IMG/VR virus record: IMGVR_UViG_3300037451_000035
Coordinates: 10,497-74,496 of that record
DNA length: 64,000 bases
Source: a virus
Reading direction: 5' to 3' (one strand)
Part shown: piece after piece, positions 28,137 to 38,402 of the stretch
Position numbering within the stretch: position 1 is the first letter of the stretch
Layout of the letters: every line of letters starts with the position of its first letter
Notes under the pieces: model-generated
Databases searched by the model: none
What the model was told of the DNA's origin: nothing
The model's input: only the letters and a program-made list of their open reading frames with translations
Position numbers and translations under genes: made by a program

Positions 28137-29579
28137 CTATGCCTGGGTGACCGTCACGCTGCCCGGGGCGGCGAAGAAGAACGACTCCGGGTCGCCGAAG
28201 ATCAGTTGCCCGACCGGCGCGGTGCCGATGCTGTTGATCGAGACGGAAAACGAAAGCGCCGAGATTGTCGTCGGGTCGAGGACCGAGGCCACCGCTTCGA
28301 CGAAAGCGGCGCTGAGTTCCAGCAGACTCATCGGCGCGCCGACCAGTATCGAATTGACGTAGGCGATGATCGCGGGCGCGGCGAGTTGCGACACCGAGGC
28401 TTGGCTGACGAAATTCGCAAGCGTCGTGTTCCAGCTTACCGCAATCGTCACTGTCTGCTGGGGTGGCGAGACAAAGGGAATCGCATACAGATTTGGAGGA
28501 TCGACGATGTTCGGAGTCACATTGCGGGGATTTGGCGAGCAGACGCCGCCGCTGACATAGGGCGCCATCAGCGAAGTATTGACCGGGATGCTGAAGCGTT
28601 TTTCGTCGACGACTGTGATCACGAAAGGCGTGCCATTGATCGGCGGCCCGACAATCCCGCTCATGGTCACGGTTTCGCCGGTCGTATAGCCGTGATTGAG
28701 ATTCGTCGTCACCACGCCGGGATTGGCCGACGAGATATTGGTGATCAGCAACGTCGATCCGACCAGCACCGAGATATCGAGCCCCGAGGCGAAAATGGCA
28801 CCGGCCACCAGATAGGGGTCGCCGCCGCCGACAATGATTTCCCAGCCGCCGCCGGACTGCTGGAGCGTCGAGATCAGCCGCGCTTGGACGCCGGCCACCT
28901 GATTTAAGAGCGTCTTCAGATAGGCCGTGGTGCCGGTTGAGACCGATTGCAGCGCTTGATTGACGCGCGCGCGATATGCCTCTTCCGTCTCGGCATTCGG
29001 ATTGCCGGGAATGCCCGGCGCCGGATTGAAGCACGAGATCGCAAAGCGCGTGGTGTCGTAGGAACTGACGATTTGCGAGACGGCATCGGTCGCAATCGCC
29101 CATGAGCCCGGAATCGTCGCCAAGCAAAAGAGTGCCGGCGACGTGCCACCCGAATCGGTCACCCCGCCGTCTTGGACCACATACTGATAGGTGCCGTCGG
29201 AGACGGTGAATCCGACCGGGATCACATAGCCGGGCACCGGGTTGGTGCTGGCGTCGAGCACGACGAATTGCACAAAAACCGAAGTGTTCGTAGGCACGCC
29301 CGGCGCAGATCCAGGCCCGATGAAAAGTTGCCCCAGCGCCAAGAGCAGGAAGGCGTTGGCGCCCATGGTGGTGAGCGAATTGATCGTCTCGACGCGGGCG
29401 CTGTCGATCTCGGCGATGCCGTAGACCTCGGTGCTCGAGATATCCTCGATCATCGAGCCCGGCAGAATCGCCGTATAGCCGGGGACCGCGGAGGCGACGA
29501 GCGCGATCAGCGCGGCTTGAATGACGGCCGGAGGCGTCGGCTGCGGGCCTGCGGCGGTGATGACGAGAGGAAAGCTCAT
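28137..29579 (-). CDS. Baseplate J-like protein with inserted beta-sandwich (E1-FCCH-like) domain
   Basis: LPGSMIEDI, ETEEAYRARV, ITNISSANPGVVTT..HGY.TG. Confidence 0.85.
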   Translation of the reverse strand: MSFPLVITAAGPQPTPPAVIQAALIALVASAVPGYTAILPGSMIEDISSTEVYGIAEIDSARVETINSLTTMGANAFLLLALGQLFIGPGSAPGVPTNTSVFVQFVVLDASTNPVPGYVIPVGFTVSDGTYQYVVQDGGVTDSGGTSPALFCLATIPGSWAIATDAVSQIVSSYDTTRFAISCFNPAPGIPGNPNAETEEAYRARVNQALQSVSTGTTAYLKTLLNQVAGVQARLISTLQQSGGGWEIIVGGGDPYLVAGAIFASGLDISVLVGSTLLITNISSANPGVVTTNLNHGYTTGETVTMSGIVGPPINGTPFVITVVDEKRFSIPVNTSLMAPYVSGGVCSPNPRNVTPNIVDPPNLYAIPFVSPPQQTVTIAVSWNTTLANFVSQASVSQLAAPAIIAYVNSILVGAPMSLLELSAAFVEAVASVLDPTTISALSFSVSINSIGTAPVGQLIFGDPESFFFAAPGSVTVTQA

Positions 29580-29923
29580 TGCGCCACCGTCGCTGAAATC
29601 TTGACCCCGGTATTCGTGGTCACGTTCACCTTATACGTCGGCTTTTGCGCGCCCGGAACCCGGCTGATAATGAGCGCTGCAAAATAGGGAGCGAACTGCT
29701 GTTGCGTTCGCGCAACGTCATAATCCGGCCAGAGCTGCTGAATCACAGCTTGCTGGGCGGAAATTCCGAACGCTGCGTAAAAGGGGCTTTCCCCAAGATT
29801 CAGTTGAAGGCACTGCAAGAGCGTCGTCAGCCAGATGGCGTCATTGCTCCCGTTCGGGTCGGTCTGAACGACCTTCCACTGATAGGTGCCGTCGGGATTG
29901 TACGTGCGGCCATAGGTGCGAAT
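29576..29923 (-). CDS. Baseplate wedge (gp25/W-like) protein, probable ATT start
   Basis: Frame open from (I/M)RTYGRTY...WLTTLLQCLQLNLGESPFY; AGGGGG RBS upstream of ATT. Confidence 0.7.
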   Translation of the reverse strand: MRTYGRTYNPDGTYQWKVVQTDPNGSNDAIWLTTLLQCLQLNLGESPFYAAFGISAQQAVIQQLWPDYDVARTQQQFAPYFAALIISRVPGAQKPTYKVNVTTNTGVKISATVAQ

Positions 29924-29946
29924 TGGAGCATCCCCCTTGCGAAGCT

Positions 29947-30534
29947 TTATACCACGTTGACGACGTTGCCGTTATTCCAGAGCGAGCCGGGCGGCAGGCC
30001 CGCGGCGGAGACCGGAAGCGTCGTGATTTGCACGCTCTTGCCGAGCGGGACCTTGATCACCGCGCCGGCCGCGGACACGGTGAGCACGCTGGCCTTATCC
30101 ACAGTCCGGAGAATGCAGCCGTCGGGCCCGTAGAGCACATAGGCGCGCGCGTCGTCGGTCGAGCCGAACCCGGTGTTGCCGACCGGAATGAAAATCAGCG
30201 CCGAGAGATTGCCGGGCAGCGAGAGATCGGCATTGCCGCCGCCGAGCCCGGTCACGTTCCCGATATAGGTGTCCATCGACCAGACGACGCCCTTGACGCC
30301 GGCGCCGAGCGGCGCGCGGGCGAATTGCGACGTCGCCACCGCGCATTGGACGTTCGGCAAGGTGAAGAGGCTGGTTTGCACAAGGAAATTCACCGTGGCG
30401 ATGGTTCCGGTCCCGTCGATCGAGACGATTTGCGCCGGCAGCGCCTTGCCGAGAAGCGCAATCGCGTCTTGAACCTTCTTCTGGGCGGCGTTCTGCAGCG
30501 AGATCGCCAGCGGCGTCTTTTGCGCGTTCCTCAA
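29947..30534 (-). CDS. Baseplate spike (gpV/gp138-like) protein
   Basis: LPAQIVSID OB-fold start; TTG start overlapping the upstream TGA. Confidence 0.7.
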   Translation of the reverse strand: MRNAQKTPLAISLQNAAQKKVQDAIALLGKALPAQIVSIDGTGTIATVNFLVQTSLFTLPNVQCAVATSQFARAPLGAGVKGVVWSMDTYIGNVTGLGGGNADLSLPGNLSALIFIPVGNTGFGSTDDARAYVLYGPDGCILRTVDKASVLTVSAAGAVIKVPLGKSVQITTLPVSAAGLPPGSLWNNGNVVNVV

Positions 30535-31535
30535 TTGAAGACTCCCTGCGGCCCGCCGAGCACCTGGGTGGCGTTTGAGCCCGGCACGCTCGCGGCATCG
30601 ATGATCGTGCACCACGACGCGGCGTCGGCTTGGCGGGCGCGGCCGACGTGCCGGATTTGCTGGACCATGTATTTGCCGGCGAACGAGACGCTGTTGCGCG
30701 GCAAGAGCGCGGCTTGCGGCGTGACGATCGCAATGGCTGGCGGAAGCTGAACGAGATCGCCGACCGAGATATCGGCGCGCAGCACCGTCTTCAGATTGAC
30801 GGTAAATCCGAGCCACGTCGGCTGGCCGATCAGGTCTTGATAGGCGATCTGCTTGGTGGTCGACGGCGCCGTGGTTCCGTCATAAGCCATGATCTTGTTG
30901 CCGGCCGTGACAAGCTGGACGCCGAGATAGGTTTTGTCGCCGAGTATCTTCTGCGACATCGAGCGCGCGAATTGCGCGAGTTGCTGGAGCGTGCCGTAGA
31001 CGAACGGCTGGTCGTAATTGAGCACAAGGTTCGGGCTGATTTTGATATCGAGCGTGAAATTGGGGAAGGCCGCGCCGAGCGCCGTCTTCAGCGCCGCCGA
31101 TAATTGCGTCCCCTTCTTCCAATTCGTCGAGATATTGACCGGCGCGTAATTCGAGCCGAGCGGCGGCGCCAGCACGAGGTCGAGCGTGGTGTCGGTCCCG
31201 ATCCAATTGCCCAGGGCCGGGTAGATCGTGCCCTTGGCGAGAAGGCCCGCCTGATTCGCGGCCGCGGTCGCGAGCGGGAAGCCCTTTCCCATGCCGCCGT
31301 AAACCGCCACCGGCTGGCCGTTCAAATTAGTCGCCTGGGCCACGACGGAAAGCGGCACGCCATAGATGCGCACGAAGGAGCGGACGTCCATGCCGCCGCC
31401 GGCCGCGGTCGCATAATTGAAGGCGAAGATATCGAGCTCGACGTCGAGGCAAGCCGGATCGAATACGCCGCCGGGGTGCGACGTATAGACCTTTTGGGCG
31501 GCGCCGGTGCCGATTTCGATGCGATAGAAGCGCAC
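30531..31535 (-). CDS. Baseplate hub protein
   Basis: MRFYRIEI...DLIGQPTW...RADISVGD...GKY.V..IRHVG..R. Confidence 0.75.
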   Translation of the reverse strand: MRFYRIEIGTGAAQKVYTSHPGGVFDPACLDVELDIFAFNYATAAGGGMDVRSFVRIYGVPLSVVAQATNLNGQPVAVYGGMGKGFPLATAAANQAGLLAKGTIYPALGNWIGTDTTLDLVLAPPLGSNYAPVNISTNWKKGTQLSAALKTALGAAFPNFTLDIKISPNLVLNYDQPFVYGTLQQLAQFARSMSQKILGDKTYLGVQLVTAGNKIMAYDGTTAPSTTKQIAYQDLIGQPTWLGFTVNLKTVLRADISVGDLVQLPPAIAIVTPQAALLPRNSVSFAGKYMVQQIRHVGRARQADAASWCTIIDAASVPGSNATQVLGGPQGVFN

Positions 31536-31537
31536 GC

Positions 31538-31861
31538 TTACACTCCGGTGATCTGGCCGTTCGTAATAAAGCCGTGCCACAGGCCGCCCGAACTGCCGTC
31601 AAGAGAAGGCGTCACCGTCATAGTTTCGAAGTTTGCGGCTGCGATTCCTCCAGAAACCGTCCACGCAAAGTCTGGACGGCACCCTTGGATTTTGAAATTC
31701 TCGCCAGCCTCGTCTTCGAAGAGTTGCCATTGCTCGCGCCTTGGGGTGTTTTCCACAAAGCAGCTTTGCCGCCATTCGGGATTTGTCGGCGAGCGAAAGG
31801 TGAAGCCGACGCGCGAGCCTCCCTTTATTAACCATTTCGGATCGAGTTCGATCAGCTTCAC
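31538..31861 (-). CDS. DUF6527-like small protein
   Basis: WTVSG...TMTVTPSLD....WHGFITNG; GTGA overlap. Confidence 0.5.
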   Translation of the reverse strand: MKLIELDPKWLIKGGSRVGFTFRSPTNPEWRQSCFVENTPRREQWQLFEDEAGENFKIQGCRPDFAWTVSGGIAAANFETMTVTPSLDGSSGGLWHGFITNGQITGV

Positions 31862-32346
31862 GGATAGACCTCGAATTGCCGCGCGGGCGTGCGATAGATC
31901 AGGCTCGACGTCGCGAACAGGCCCGACACCAAATTGATATTGTAGCTGACCGAGCCGAGCGCGGTCACGGTTCCCGGGTTCGCGCTGATCGAAAACGTGA
32001 ATGTCGACGGCCCGGTGATCACGCATTGAAAGGTGCCATTGTAGCCGTCCGGGGTTACACCGAAGACCGTCAAGGTTACGACGTTCCCGATTTTCAGCCC
32101 ATGCGGCGCCACGGTCGTCGCCGTCGCCTTCCCCGCCAGCCATGTGAGCGCCTGGAGCGGGATCGAGCCCGGCGAGCCGACGAGCGCGCGCGCCACCACC
32201 AGCACGTTCGAGAGGCTGTAGAGATTGAGGTAATAGCGCTGGCCGAACAGCGACCAAGTGACGATGCCCTGATATTGCTGGCCGTCGAGCGTCGGGCTGA
32301 AGGTGAACGTCGCTTGCGCCGTCGGATTGAAGGGGAAAGGCGTCAT
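31858..32346 (-). CDS. Baseplate plug-type protein with inserted beta-sandwich domain
   Basis: F.PTLDGQ.Y...VTW.LFGQRYY.N...INLV.G.F.TS.L.YR. Confidence 0.7.
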   Translation of the reverse strand: MTPFPFNPTAQATFTFSPTLDGQQYQGIVTWSLFGQRYYLNLYSLSNVLVVARALVGSPGSIPLQALTWLAGKATATTVAPHGLKIGNVVTLTVFGVTPDGYNGTFQCVITGPSTFTFSISANPGTVTALGSVSYNINLVSGLFATSSLIYRTPARQFEVYP

Positions 32347-32349
32347 GGC

Positions 32350-33096
32350 TCACCCCAAGGCCGGCAATGGCGAGGACGTCACCGGCACCAGCGGCGCCAC
32401 GCCTGCGGCGCCGACCGAAGAGGCGGCCGGCACCGTGCTCATGCCGGCGAGGCTCGGGGGCACGTTGACGGTCTGGCCGAGGCCGGTCAGCGCGCCGTCG
32501 GTCGGCAAGCCGCCGGTGATCTTGCTCATGGCGGCGTTCTGGACTTGCTGGGCTTGCTGGAGCGAGATCAGCGGGGCGACGAAATCCCATTGCCAGCGAT
32601 ATTGTGGCTGCTTGCTCTCCGCGCTCGAAATGTCCCGAAGGTCGAGCATCACGCAATCGGTGAAGAAATAGGACGGCGTCGCCACGATGAAGGTGCCGCC
32701 CAGCGCATTGTGCGCTTTGAGCGCCGCGGTGAGCGCCAGCATGGTCGCCAGCTTGACCGCATAGCCACCCGGGGCCTTGGCCGGCACGAGCATGTGCATC
32801 GAGATCGGGAGCGGGTCTGTGATCGCCGCGTTCGCGGCCACCGATTGATTCGCGAACGGGGAAGTCGCAATTTTCTGCGAGATCAGTGCCGTGCCCGGTG
32901 CCGGGTTGAAGTGCGCGAAATACTCGTCGAGCGTGGCCGGACCTCCGCCCGAAAGCACGCCGGCGACAAAATCGACCGATTGCGTCAGTGAAATAATCGG
33001 TAACATTCCGCCGGGCATGAAGGTGGCGATCCCGTTCGTGAGCATGATCGGCGAGATTTCGAACGTCAGCTTGTAGAGATCGCGCGCGGCGCTCAT
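32350..33096 (-). CDS. Tail tube initiator / Dit-like protein
   Basis: Follows the TMP; FEISPI.L, PFANQ.VAANA.I, WQWDF..PL. Confidence 0.65.
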   Translation of the reverse strand: MSAARDLYKLTFEISPIMLTNGIATFMPGGMLPIISLTQSVDFVAGVLSGGGPATLDEYFAHFNPAPGTALISQKIATSPFANQSVAANAAITDPLPISMHMLVPAKAPGGYAVKLATMLALTAALKAHNALGGTFIVATPSYFFTDCVMLDLRDISSAESKQPQYRWQWDFVAPLISLQQAQQVQNAAMSKITGGLPTDGALTGLGQTVNVPPSLAGMSTVPAASSVGAAGVAPLVPVTSSPLPALG

Positions 33097-34742
33097 GGCG
33101 TCCCACCCAGCCCGATCTGCGAGCCGGCGGTAATAGCGCTGGCGCCGGTCGCGTCGTGAATCTCAATTATCACCTTTTGATATCCCGGCATTCCGTGCGC
33201 GCGGTCCAGATAGCCGCGGCCCTCGGGCCCGATTGGGAATTTCCCTGGTTGCTCAACGGCTCCTCGGCCGGAATGATAGGCCAGAAGCACCTTGTCGATG
33301 TCGCCGTGATAGCGGCGCACCAAATCGCGCAAGATCAATTGCGCGGTCTGCTCATTGTAAATCGGGTCGGTCAGGAATTGCGGGTCGCGATTATAGGCGC
33401 GCGCTGTGTCCGGAGTGATCTGATAGCGACCGATCGCGCCCTTCGGGCTGACGGCGGCGTCGCCGCTCCCTTCCAATTTCCGAACGAGGCCAAGGAGATC
33501 GCCTTCGGCCTGGGCGCCTTTGAGAAATGGCGGCGTCTGGAACTTAAATAGCGGGTTGTCGCCGCTGAAGACTCCGGTCGGCAATTTGAAGAGATCGCCG
33601 CGGGAGCCAATTCCAGGCGGCCCGGCCGGGATGGAATCAGCCGGCACGAACGATTTGATCCACCCGGCCGCCGCGCCGACAGCCGAAGCCAGCGCGCCTA
33701 GATTGTCCTTGAATCCGGTGACGTCGCGCTCGAAGTCCGGACTGACGAGATATTTGGCAAAACGCTCGATCGCCTTGCCCATCGGCTCGATCCACTTCTC
33801 GGCGCCGGACAGGAAGGTGTCCGTCGCCTTCGCCACCGAGCCGGCGAGCTTCTCCAGCGGGGCCGTCAGACCGACGAGGTTCTTGACCAGCGTGTTCTCG
33901 ATTCCGAGCCCGGCGCGCTCCAGACCGGTATTGAAGTCCTGCCAGCCGCGCGTGACGTCCTTTTGCAGATTGAGATTTTGCGCGTCGGTCTTGAAGCGCT
34001 CGATCTGGACCCGCCGTTCCTCCTTGCTGGCGCCCAGGAACCGCACGATATCGTCCGGGCTTAGGAATTGGTCGAGCCCGAGCGCCCGGGCCCGGGGGAG
34101 AACGAGGCCCTGTGGCGTGCCCGCAAACAGCCCTGGAAGGCGCTCCAGAAGCTGCGCCGATACGGACGCCGCATTGCCGCCGCCCGCACCAGGATTGATG
34201 CCAGCGGCGCGCAGGCCAATCTGGGCGGGATTGGTGATGTCGAAGAGGGCGTTGCGTGCGGCCGCCAGCACCGCGCCCGGGTCGACGAAGCGCCCGAGAT
34301 TGAGCCCGAAGGCCTGCTGCTGGCCGTAGCTGATGCCCAGGCCGCCCGCGGCGCGCCGGGTGCCCGATACCGATTCGGCCAGCCGGTCGAGGCTTACCGC
34401 GCCGACAATGGCGCCGAGCGCCCCGGTAATGCCTGTCCATTTCGCCAGCGTCAGCGTCATGCGCCCGAGGCTGGCCGCCGTCTCCTTGGCGCGCGTCGAG
34501 ATTCCCGTCCAGGCGCGCTCGCTCCGCTCCGCCTCTTGGGCGACGCGCTTCTCGCCCTCCAGCACCCGGGTGAGCAATTGCGTCTGTGCCGCGATCGCGG
34601 CGACGACGGGCTGCTCGGCCGCGGCGACCTTACCCCATAGGCCGGGCAACTTGCCCATGGTCTGCACATATTTTTCGACGAGCGCGAAATAGGCTTTTGC
34701 CTTCGTATCGTCGAGTTCCACTTCGAAAATCGACTTCGCCAT
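33093..34742 (-). CDS. Tape measure protein with C-terminal lytic transglycosylase domain
   Basis: Helical Ala-rich body; LEGSG...SPKGAIGRYQITP.TA...LLAYHSG. Confidence 0.85.
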   Translation of the reverse strand: MAKSIFEVELDDTKAKAYFALVEKYVQTMGKLPGLWGKVAAAEQPVVAAIAAQTQLLTRVLEGEKRVAQEAERSERAWTGISTRAKETAASLGRMTLTLAKWTGITGALGAIVGAVSLDRLAESVSGTRRAAGGLGISYGQQQAFGLNLGRFVDPGAVLAAARNALFDITNPAQIGLRAAGINPGAGGGNAASVSAQLLERLPGLFAGTPQGLVLPRARALGLDQFLSPDDIVRFLGASKEERRVQIERFKTDAQNLNLQKDVTRGWQDFNTGLERAGLGIENTLVKNLVGLTAPLEKLAGSVAKATDTFLSGAEKWIEPMGKAIERFAKYLVSPDFERDVTGFKDNLGALASAVGAAAGWIKSFVPADSIPAGPPGIGSRGDLFKLPTGVFSGDNPLFKFQTPPFLKGAQAEGDLLGLVRKLEGSGDAAVSPKGAIGRYQITPDTARAYNRDPQFLTDPIYNEQTAQLILRDLVRRYHGDIDKVLLAYHSGRGAVEQPGKFPIGPEGRGYLDRAHGMPGYQKVIIEIHDATGASAITAGSQIGLGGTP

Positions 34743-34753
34743 GCGCGCCCTCG

Positions 34754-35033
34754 TCAGAACCGCCGCAGGCGATTCCGCCACTCGAAGGCGGTACTATACG
34801 GCAAATCGACCGCTTCCATCAGGTCGCGAAAGCCGTTCTCCGCAAGCTCGTTCAGGAGGGAACCGACGACTCCACCTTCGGCCCAGAATTGGCGGTCTCG
34901 ATCGACGTCGGCAAGGAACTCGCGAACTCCGTAGAGGTCAAGGACACGGCGCGCGCCCGCCATAAGCCAATCGTCTCGTAGAGCACCGGAAGATCGGACT
35001 TCTGGTTCATCCACGAGGCCACAGTAAAAAAAA
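34754..35033 (-). CDS. Tail assembly chaperone, frameshift extension (T-like)
   Basis: The -1 frame is open from the T8 run to just before the TMP start. Confidence 0.5.
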
Positions 35034-35445
35034 CGAGGAAGCTTTCAACCTCCGCCGCGGTCTCCGGGTCGATCTTGCCTTGCTGAGTCGCGACGTCGTA
35101 CGGGAGCGTTTGCCAGCCGCCGGCGTCGCCCAGCACCACCACCGACGTCAGCCGCCGGATCTCCGCCAGCAAGCCGCGCTCGACGCCCGGCCGCGTGATC
35201 TCCTTGGTGGTCGGGTCGCGCCGGTCCTCCCATTGCCCGAGCTCGGTCGCTACGTCCTTGAGCGCGAGCGCGGCAATCCGCGGCGCGGCATTGCCGGCAA
35301 CCCCGGACATGCGCACCATGGTGCGCGATATCGGCTCCCAATACCGCTCGAAGATTTCCCGGCTGATCGGCACCGAATGCACCCAGAGGGTAGTGCCGTC
35401 GTCGTCAATCGGGAGCGCGATGTTTAATCTTTTGTCTATACGCAT
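34852..35445 (-). CDS. Tail assembly chaperone (G-like)
   Basis: Lies between tube and TMP; contains GTT TTT TTT slippery run. Confidence 0.75.
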   Translation of the reverse strand: MRIDKRLNIALPIDDDGTTLWVHSVPISREIFERYWEPISRTMVRMSGVAGNAAPRIAALALKDVATELGQWEDRRDPTTKEITRPGVERGLLAEIRRLTSVVVLGDAGGWQTLPYDVATQQGKIDPETAAEVESFLVFFTVASWMNQKSDLPVLYETIGLWRARAVSLTSTEFASSLPTSIETANSGPKVESSVPS

Positions 35446-36221
35446 GATAAAAGCCCCGCTGAGGCGCCGTCGCCCCATTGCGCAAATGCTGACGGAAAAA
35501 CTGGACATTCCCGTTTCCATCTCTTTATAGCATGGCCGACGCTTATATTGCGGCGGTGATCTGCTGAAAGCTGTCTTCCAGTAAGAGCGATGCTGATACT
35601 TTGACAATGAGCATCCGATAATTTCACGCCTCTCCGACGCGTGCTTATGGCTTGGCAAATTTCTTGAGTGCGTTTTCTGCCTTTATTTTTCAGCGTAGTT
35701 TTTTCAACCGCCAATGGATCGCGTTTTTTGTTGAGCTTGGCGAGGCGCATCACTTGTTTGGTTTCATCGCTATGCTTCCGCCCCAAGAAAGGAGGATTTA
35801 ACTTTACTCTCGCACTGCTGGCCGCCCGAAATTCTAGAGAATGAACGGCCCCTCGATGGCCGATGCCATATTTGTTTCCTTTGCTTCTAGCAATCAACGC
35901 ACGGATAGTTTTGGCCGACACTTTTCTCCCAGACACTCCTTCGCCGCCATCAGTCTGATTGACAAGTGGGCCATTCTTTCCTCGGCCGATGGCAGCGATC
36001 AGCGCGATCTCGATTTCAAATGCCTCTGGCTCTGTGAGATTAGACCGAATTATCACTATAGGAATTTCGCCGCCAGCCTTGGCGATGATTCGCTGAAGGT
36101 GTGAGTTGTGGCTTTTTCGCAGATGAACACGCCAACGATCACGTTGGCCCTTGCCGACGTAGCACGGCGAGCCGTCCCAGGGCCGGAAGGCGACGTAAAT
36201 GTAGTATTTCCGTTTCAGCAT
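35436..36221 (-). CDS. GIY-YIG homing endonuclease with NUMOD3-like repeats
   Basis: YIY...YVGKG..R, EIALI, N.TDGGEG, GRKHSDETK. Confidence 0.88.
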   Translation of the reverse strand: MLKRKYYIYVAFRPWDGSPCYVGKGQRDRWRVHLRKSHNSHLQRIIAKAGGEIPIVIIRSNLTEPEAFEIEIALIAAIGRGKNGPLVNQTDGGEGVSGRKVSAKTIRALIARSKGNKYGIGHRGAVHSLEFRAASSARVKLNPPFLGRKHSDETKQVMRLAKLNKKRDPLAVEKTTLKNKGRKRTQEICQAISTRRRGVKLSDAHCQSISIALTGRQLSADHRRNISVGHAIKRWKRECPVFPSAFAQWGDGASAGLLSCV

Positions 36222-36267
36222 GATAGCGATTCCCTGTTTGCGGAAATCACTATAAGCCGACGTCCGG

Positions 36268-36714
36268 CTAAAAGAAAAGCGCGTTTCCGACCACGTAGAA
36301 GCCGGTACAGGTCACTGCAAAAATCGGGGTCGTGCCATTGAAGAGCAAGTCGCCGACGCTTTCGATGGCGCAATTCTGAAGTTGATATGAGCCGAGGCCG
36401 GTCGAGACGTCTGGAAATACCGTGCCGGGGCCGATCACGGCGTTTAATTCCATTTGCGTCTTGTATTGGTCGGCGAGCAATTGCGTCTTCAGCAACGCAA
36501 TTACCACCGAAATCGGCATATAGCATTCCGGCGATTGCACCGTGCCGGTGAGCGTCGGCAATTGCGCCGAGGCTTGCCCGGTGAGCCGGAGATTGATGCC
36601 CTCGCGGTCCAGATAGGGCGCGGTGACGTTGAGCGTCGGGAAATTCGACCAGACGACGGCACCGCGAACGCGATTCAAAATTCCCTGATCGATCAACGGA
36701 TTCCCAGAAGCCAT
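36268..36714 (-). CDS. Tail tube protein
   Basis: 148 aa immediately after the sheath gene. Confidence 0.75.
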   Translation of the reverse strand: MASGNPLIDQGILNRVRGAVVWSNFPTLNVTAPYLDREGINLRLTGQASAQLPTLTGTVQSPECYMPISVVIALLKTQLLADQYKTQMELNAVIGPGTVFPDVSTGLGSYQLQNCAIESVGDLLFNGTTPIFAVTCTGFYVVGNALFF

Positions 36715-36732
36715 GTTCGATTCCTCTTTCGA

Positions 36733-38361
36733 TCAGGTCGACAGCGGGAAGCTGGACACCGTCACATTGAAGACGATTGCCGTGAACCCGCGCAGCGGCA
36801 CGTAGAAGATCGAAAAGCCTTTGTAGATGCCCGCCTTATAGTCGTTCGGATTTTCCGTGACGTAGGCGGCGAACGGATCGGCGTTGATGATCGTGAAGCC
36901 AGCATAGGTCTGCGCCGCGAGCGCCGCCTGGAATTGGGCGGCGTTGAGCGCGAGCGCCTTGATCGGATTGAGCACCAGGCCTGCGGCAATGCCCGCGCCC
37001 ATGGTCGAGATCGCGACCTGCAGAAGCGCGTTGATGCCGGCTTGATTGTAATAGAGCGGATTCGACGGGTTGTTCGATCCCGAGATCAGCGCCGCGGTGA
37101 TCGCCAGCGCGACATTGATCTGGACCCAATCGACCGAATACCAATAATTGAACGGGTTGCCGTCCAGATTATTGCCGCCGAGTAGGATGGCGGCCGAGAT
37201 ACCGCCCGCGGCGCCGGTGCCGACCACGCTGACATTCGCGGCGTTGAGTGTCGAGAGCAGCGCCGCATTGCCGGCCGGCGGATAGGGCGTCACGCCCACC
37301 AGGAACGCCAGATTGAGCGGCGTCACCCGATTCGTCGACGAGGGCGAATAATTGAGCGTGACCCAGAAGACGGCCGCCATCGAGAACTCGGTGGCTTGCA
37401 CCCCGGGCGCCTCGATCAGCAGCAAGGCGCACTTCATCGTCGCGGCATAGCTGGCGTAATTCGCAAGCGTTGTCGTGATGAAGAAATAGGTTTGCGCTGT
37501 CGTTCCATTGAAGCCGGCGAGGAAGGTCAGGAACGACGCCACCGCGTCCCAGGACCTCGGCACCAAATACGAATAGAAGATGCCCGGATTGGCGGTGATA
37601 TAGGCCGACAGCGCGGTCACGCCTTGCGCCGGCGTGCCGGTGCCCAGCTCGAGCACATAGACGCCCTGGCCCGTCCCTTGGGCGAAGAACGTCGTCGCCA
37701 TTTGGAGAAGCTCGGCCGTGGTCGCCGGCGTGAATGTCGGCGTGCCGGTGGCCGGCGAAACGGTCCCCGAGGGCACCGCAAAGGTGAAAGTTTGTGCGCC
37801 GGTGACGGTGGCAAGGAACGTGCCGTTGTAGCCGGCCTGAGCGGCGCCCGCGATCGTGGTGAGGAAGGTCGCGTTCGTAGCGAGCCCGATGGTCGCCTCG
37901 CAAGTCCCGCCGGTGATCGTCATGGTCAAGCCGGCGGCGACGAAGAACGTAATCGTCGCGCCGCTGGTGCCCGCCGCGCACGGCCATGTGCCGTTGATCG
38001 CCGCGAAAGAACCGGTACCGGTAGCGCTCGCCACAAGAACCGGATCGCCCGGATTGAGGCCGATGCCGGCCGAGAGCGTCAGCGTCACAAGTCCAGTGGT
38101 CGTGTTGTAAGTGCCGCTGGAGATATCCGAGGCCGTGCCTTCGAGCGTCGCCGTGGCGAGCCCGGCCGATTGCGTGAGGCTGGCAAGCGGGATTGCGAGC
38201 GCCAGCAATGGCGTCAGATCGGAAAGCTGGGTCAGCAACGCCTTCGAATTGGCGGCGAGGCTGGTACCGCCTTGGCTGATGAGCGCGCCGGTTTTCTGGA
38301 GCGTCGATGGCGTCGGCGCCACCAGAACGTTCACGTTAACTTTGCAAATCGGATTTGCCAT
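36733..38361 (-). CDS. Tail sheath protein with inserted accessory domains
   Basis: Size and position; YWYSVDWVQIN, LYYNQAGINAL, Y.G....YVP.RGF..I.FN. Confidence 0.85.
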   Translation of the reverse strand: MANPICKVNVNVLVAPTPSTLQKTGALISQGGTSLAANSKALLTQLSDLTPLLALAIPLASLTQSAGLATATLEGTASDISSGTYNTTTGLVTLTLSAGIGLNPGDPVLVASATGTGSFAAINGTWPCAAGTSGATITFFVAAGLTMTITGGTCEATIGLATNATFLTTIAGAAQAGYNGTFLATVTGAQTFTFAVPSGTVSPATGTPTFTPATTAELLQMATTFFAQGTGQGVYVLELGTGTPAQGVTALSAYITANPGIFYSYLVPRSWDAVASFLTFLAGFNGTTAQTYFFITTTLANYASYAATMKCALLLIEAPGVQATEFSMAAVFWVTLNYSPSSTNRVTPLNLAFLVGVTPYPPAGNAALLSTLNAANVSVVGTGAAGGISAAILLGGNNLDGNPFNYWYSVDWVQINVALAITAALISGSNNPSNPLYYNQAGINALLQVAISTMGAGIAAGLVLNPIKALALNAAQFQAALAAQTYAGFTIINADPFAAYVTENPNDYKAGIYKGFSIFYVPLRGFTAIVFNVTVSSFPLST

Positions 38362-38402
38362 CGCGGCCTTCCTTCCCAGCCTAGAGGACTAAGGGTCGCG
38401 AA

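Noticed and set aside
35436-36221. GIY-YIG genes as group I intron ORFs
   Set aside because: Flanking genes appear complete and there is no room for an intron core, so they are treated as free-standing.
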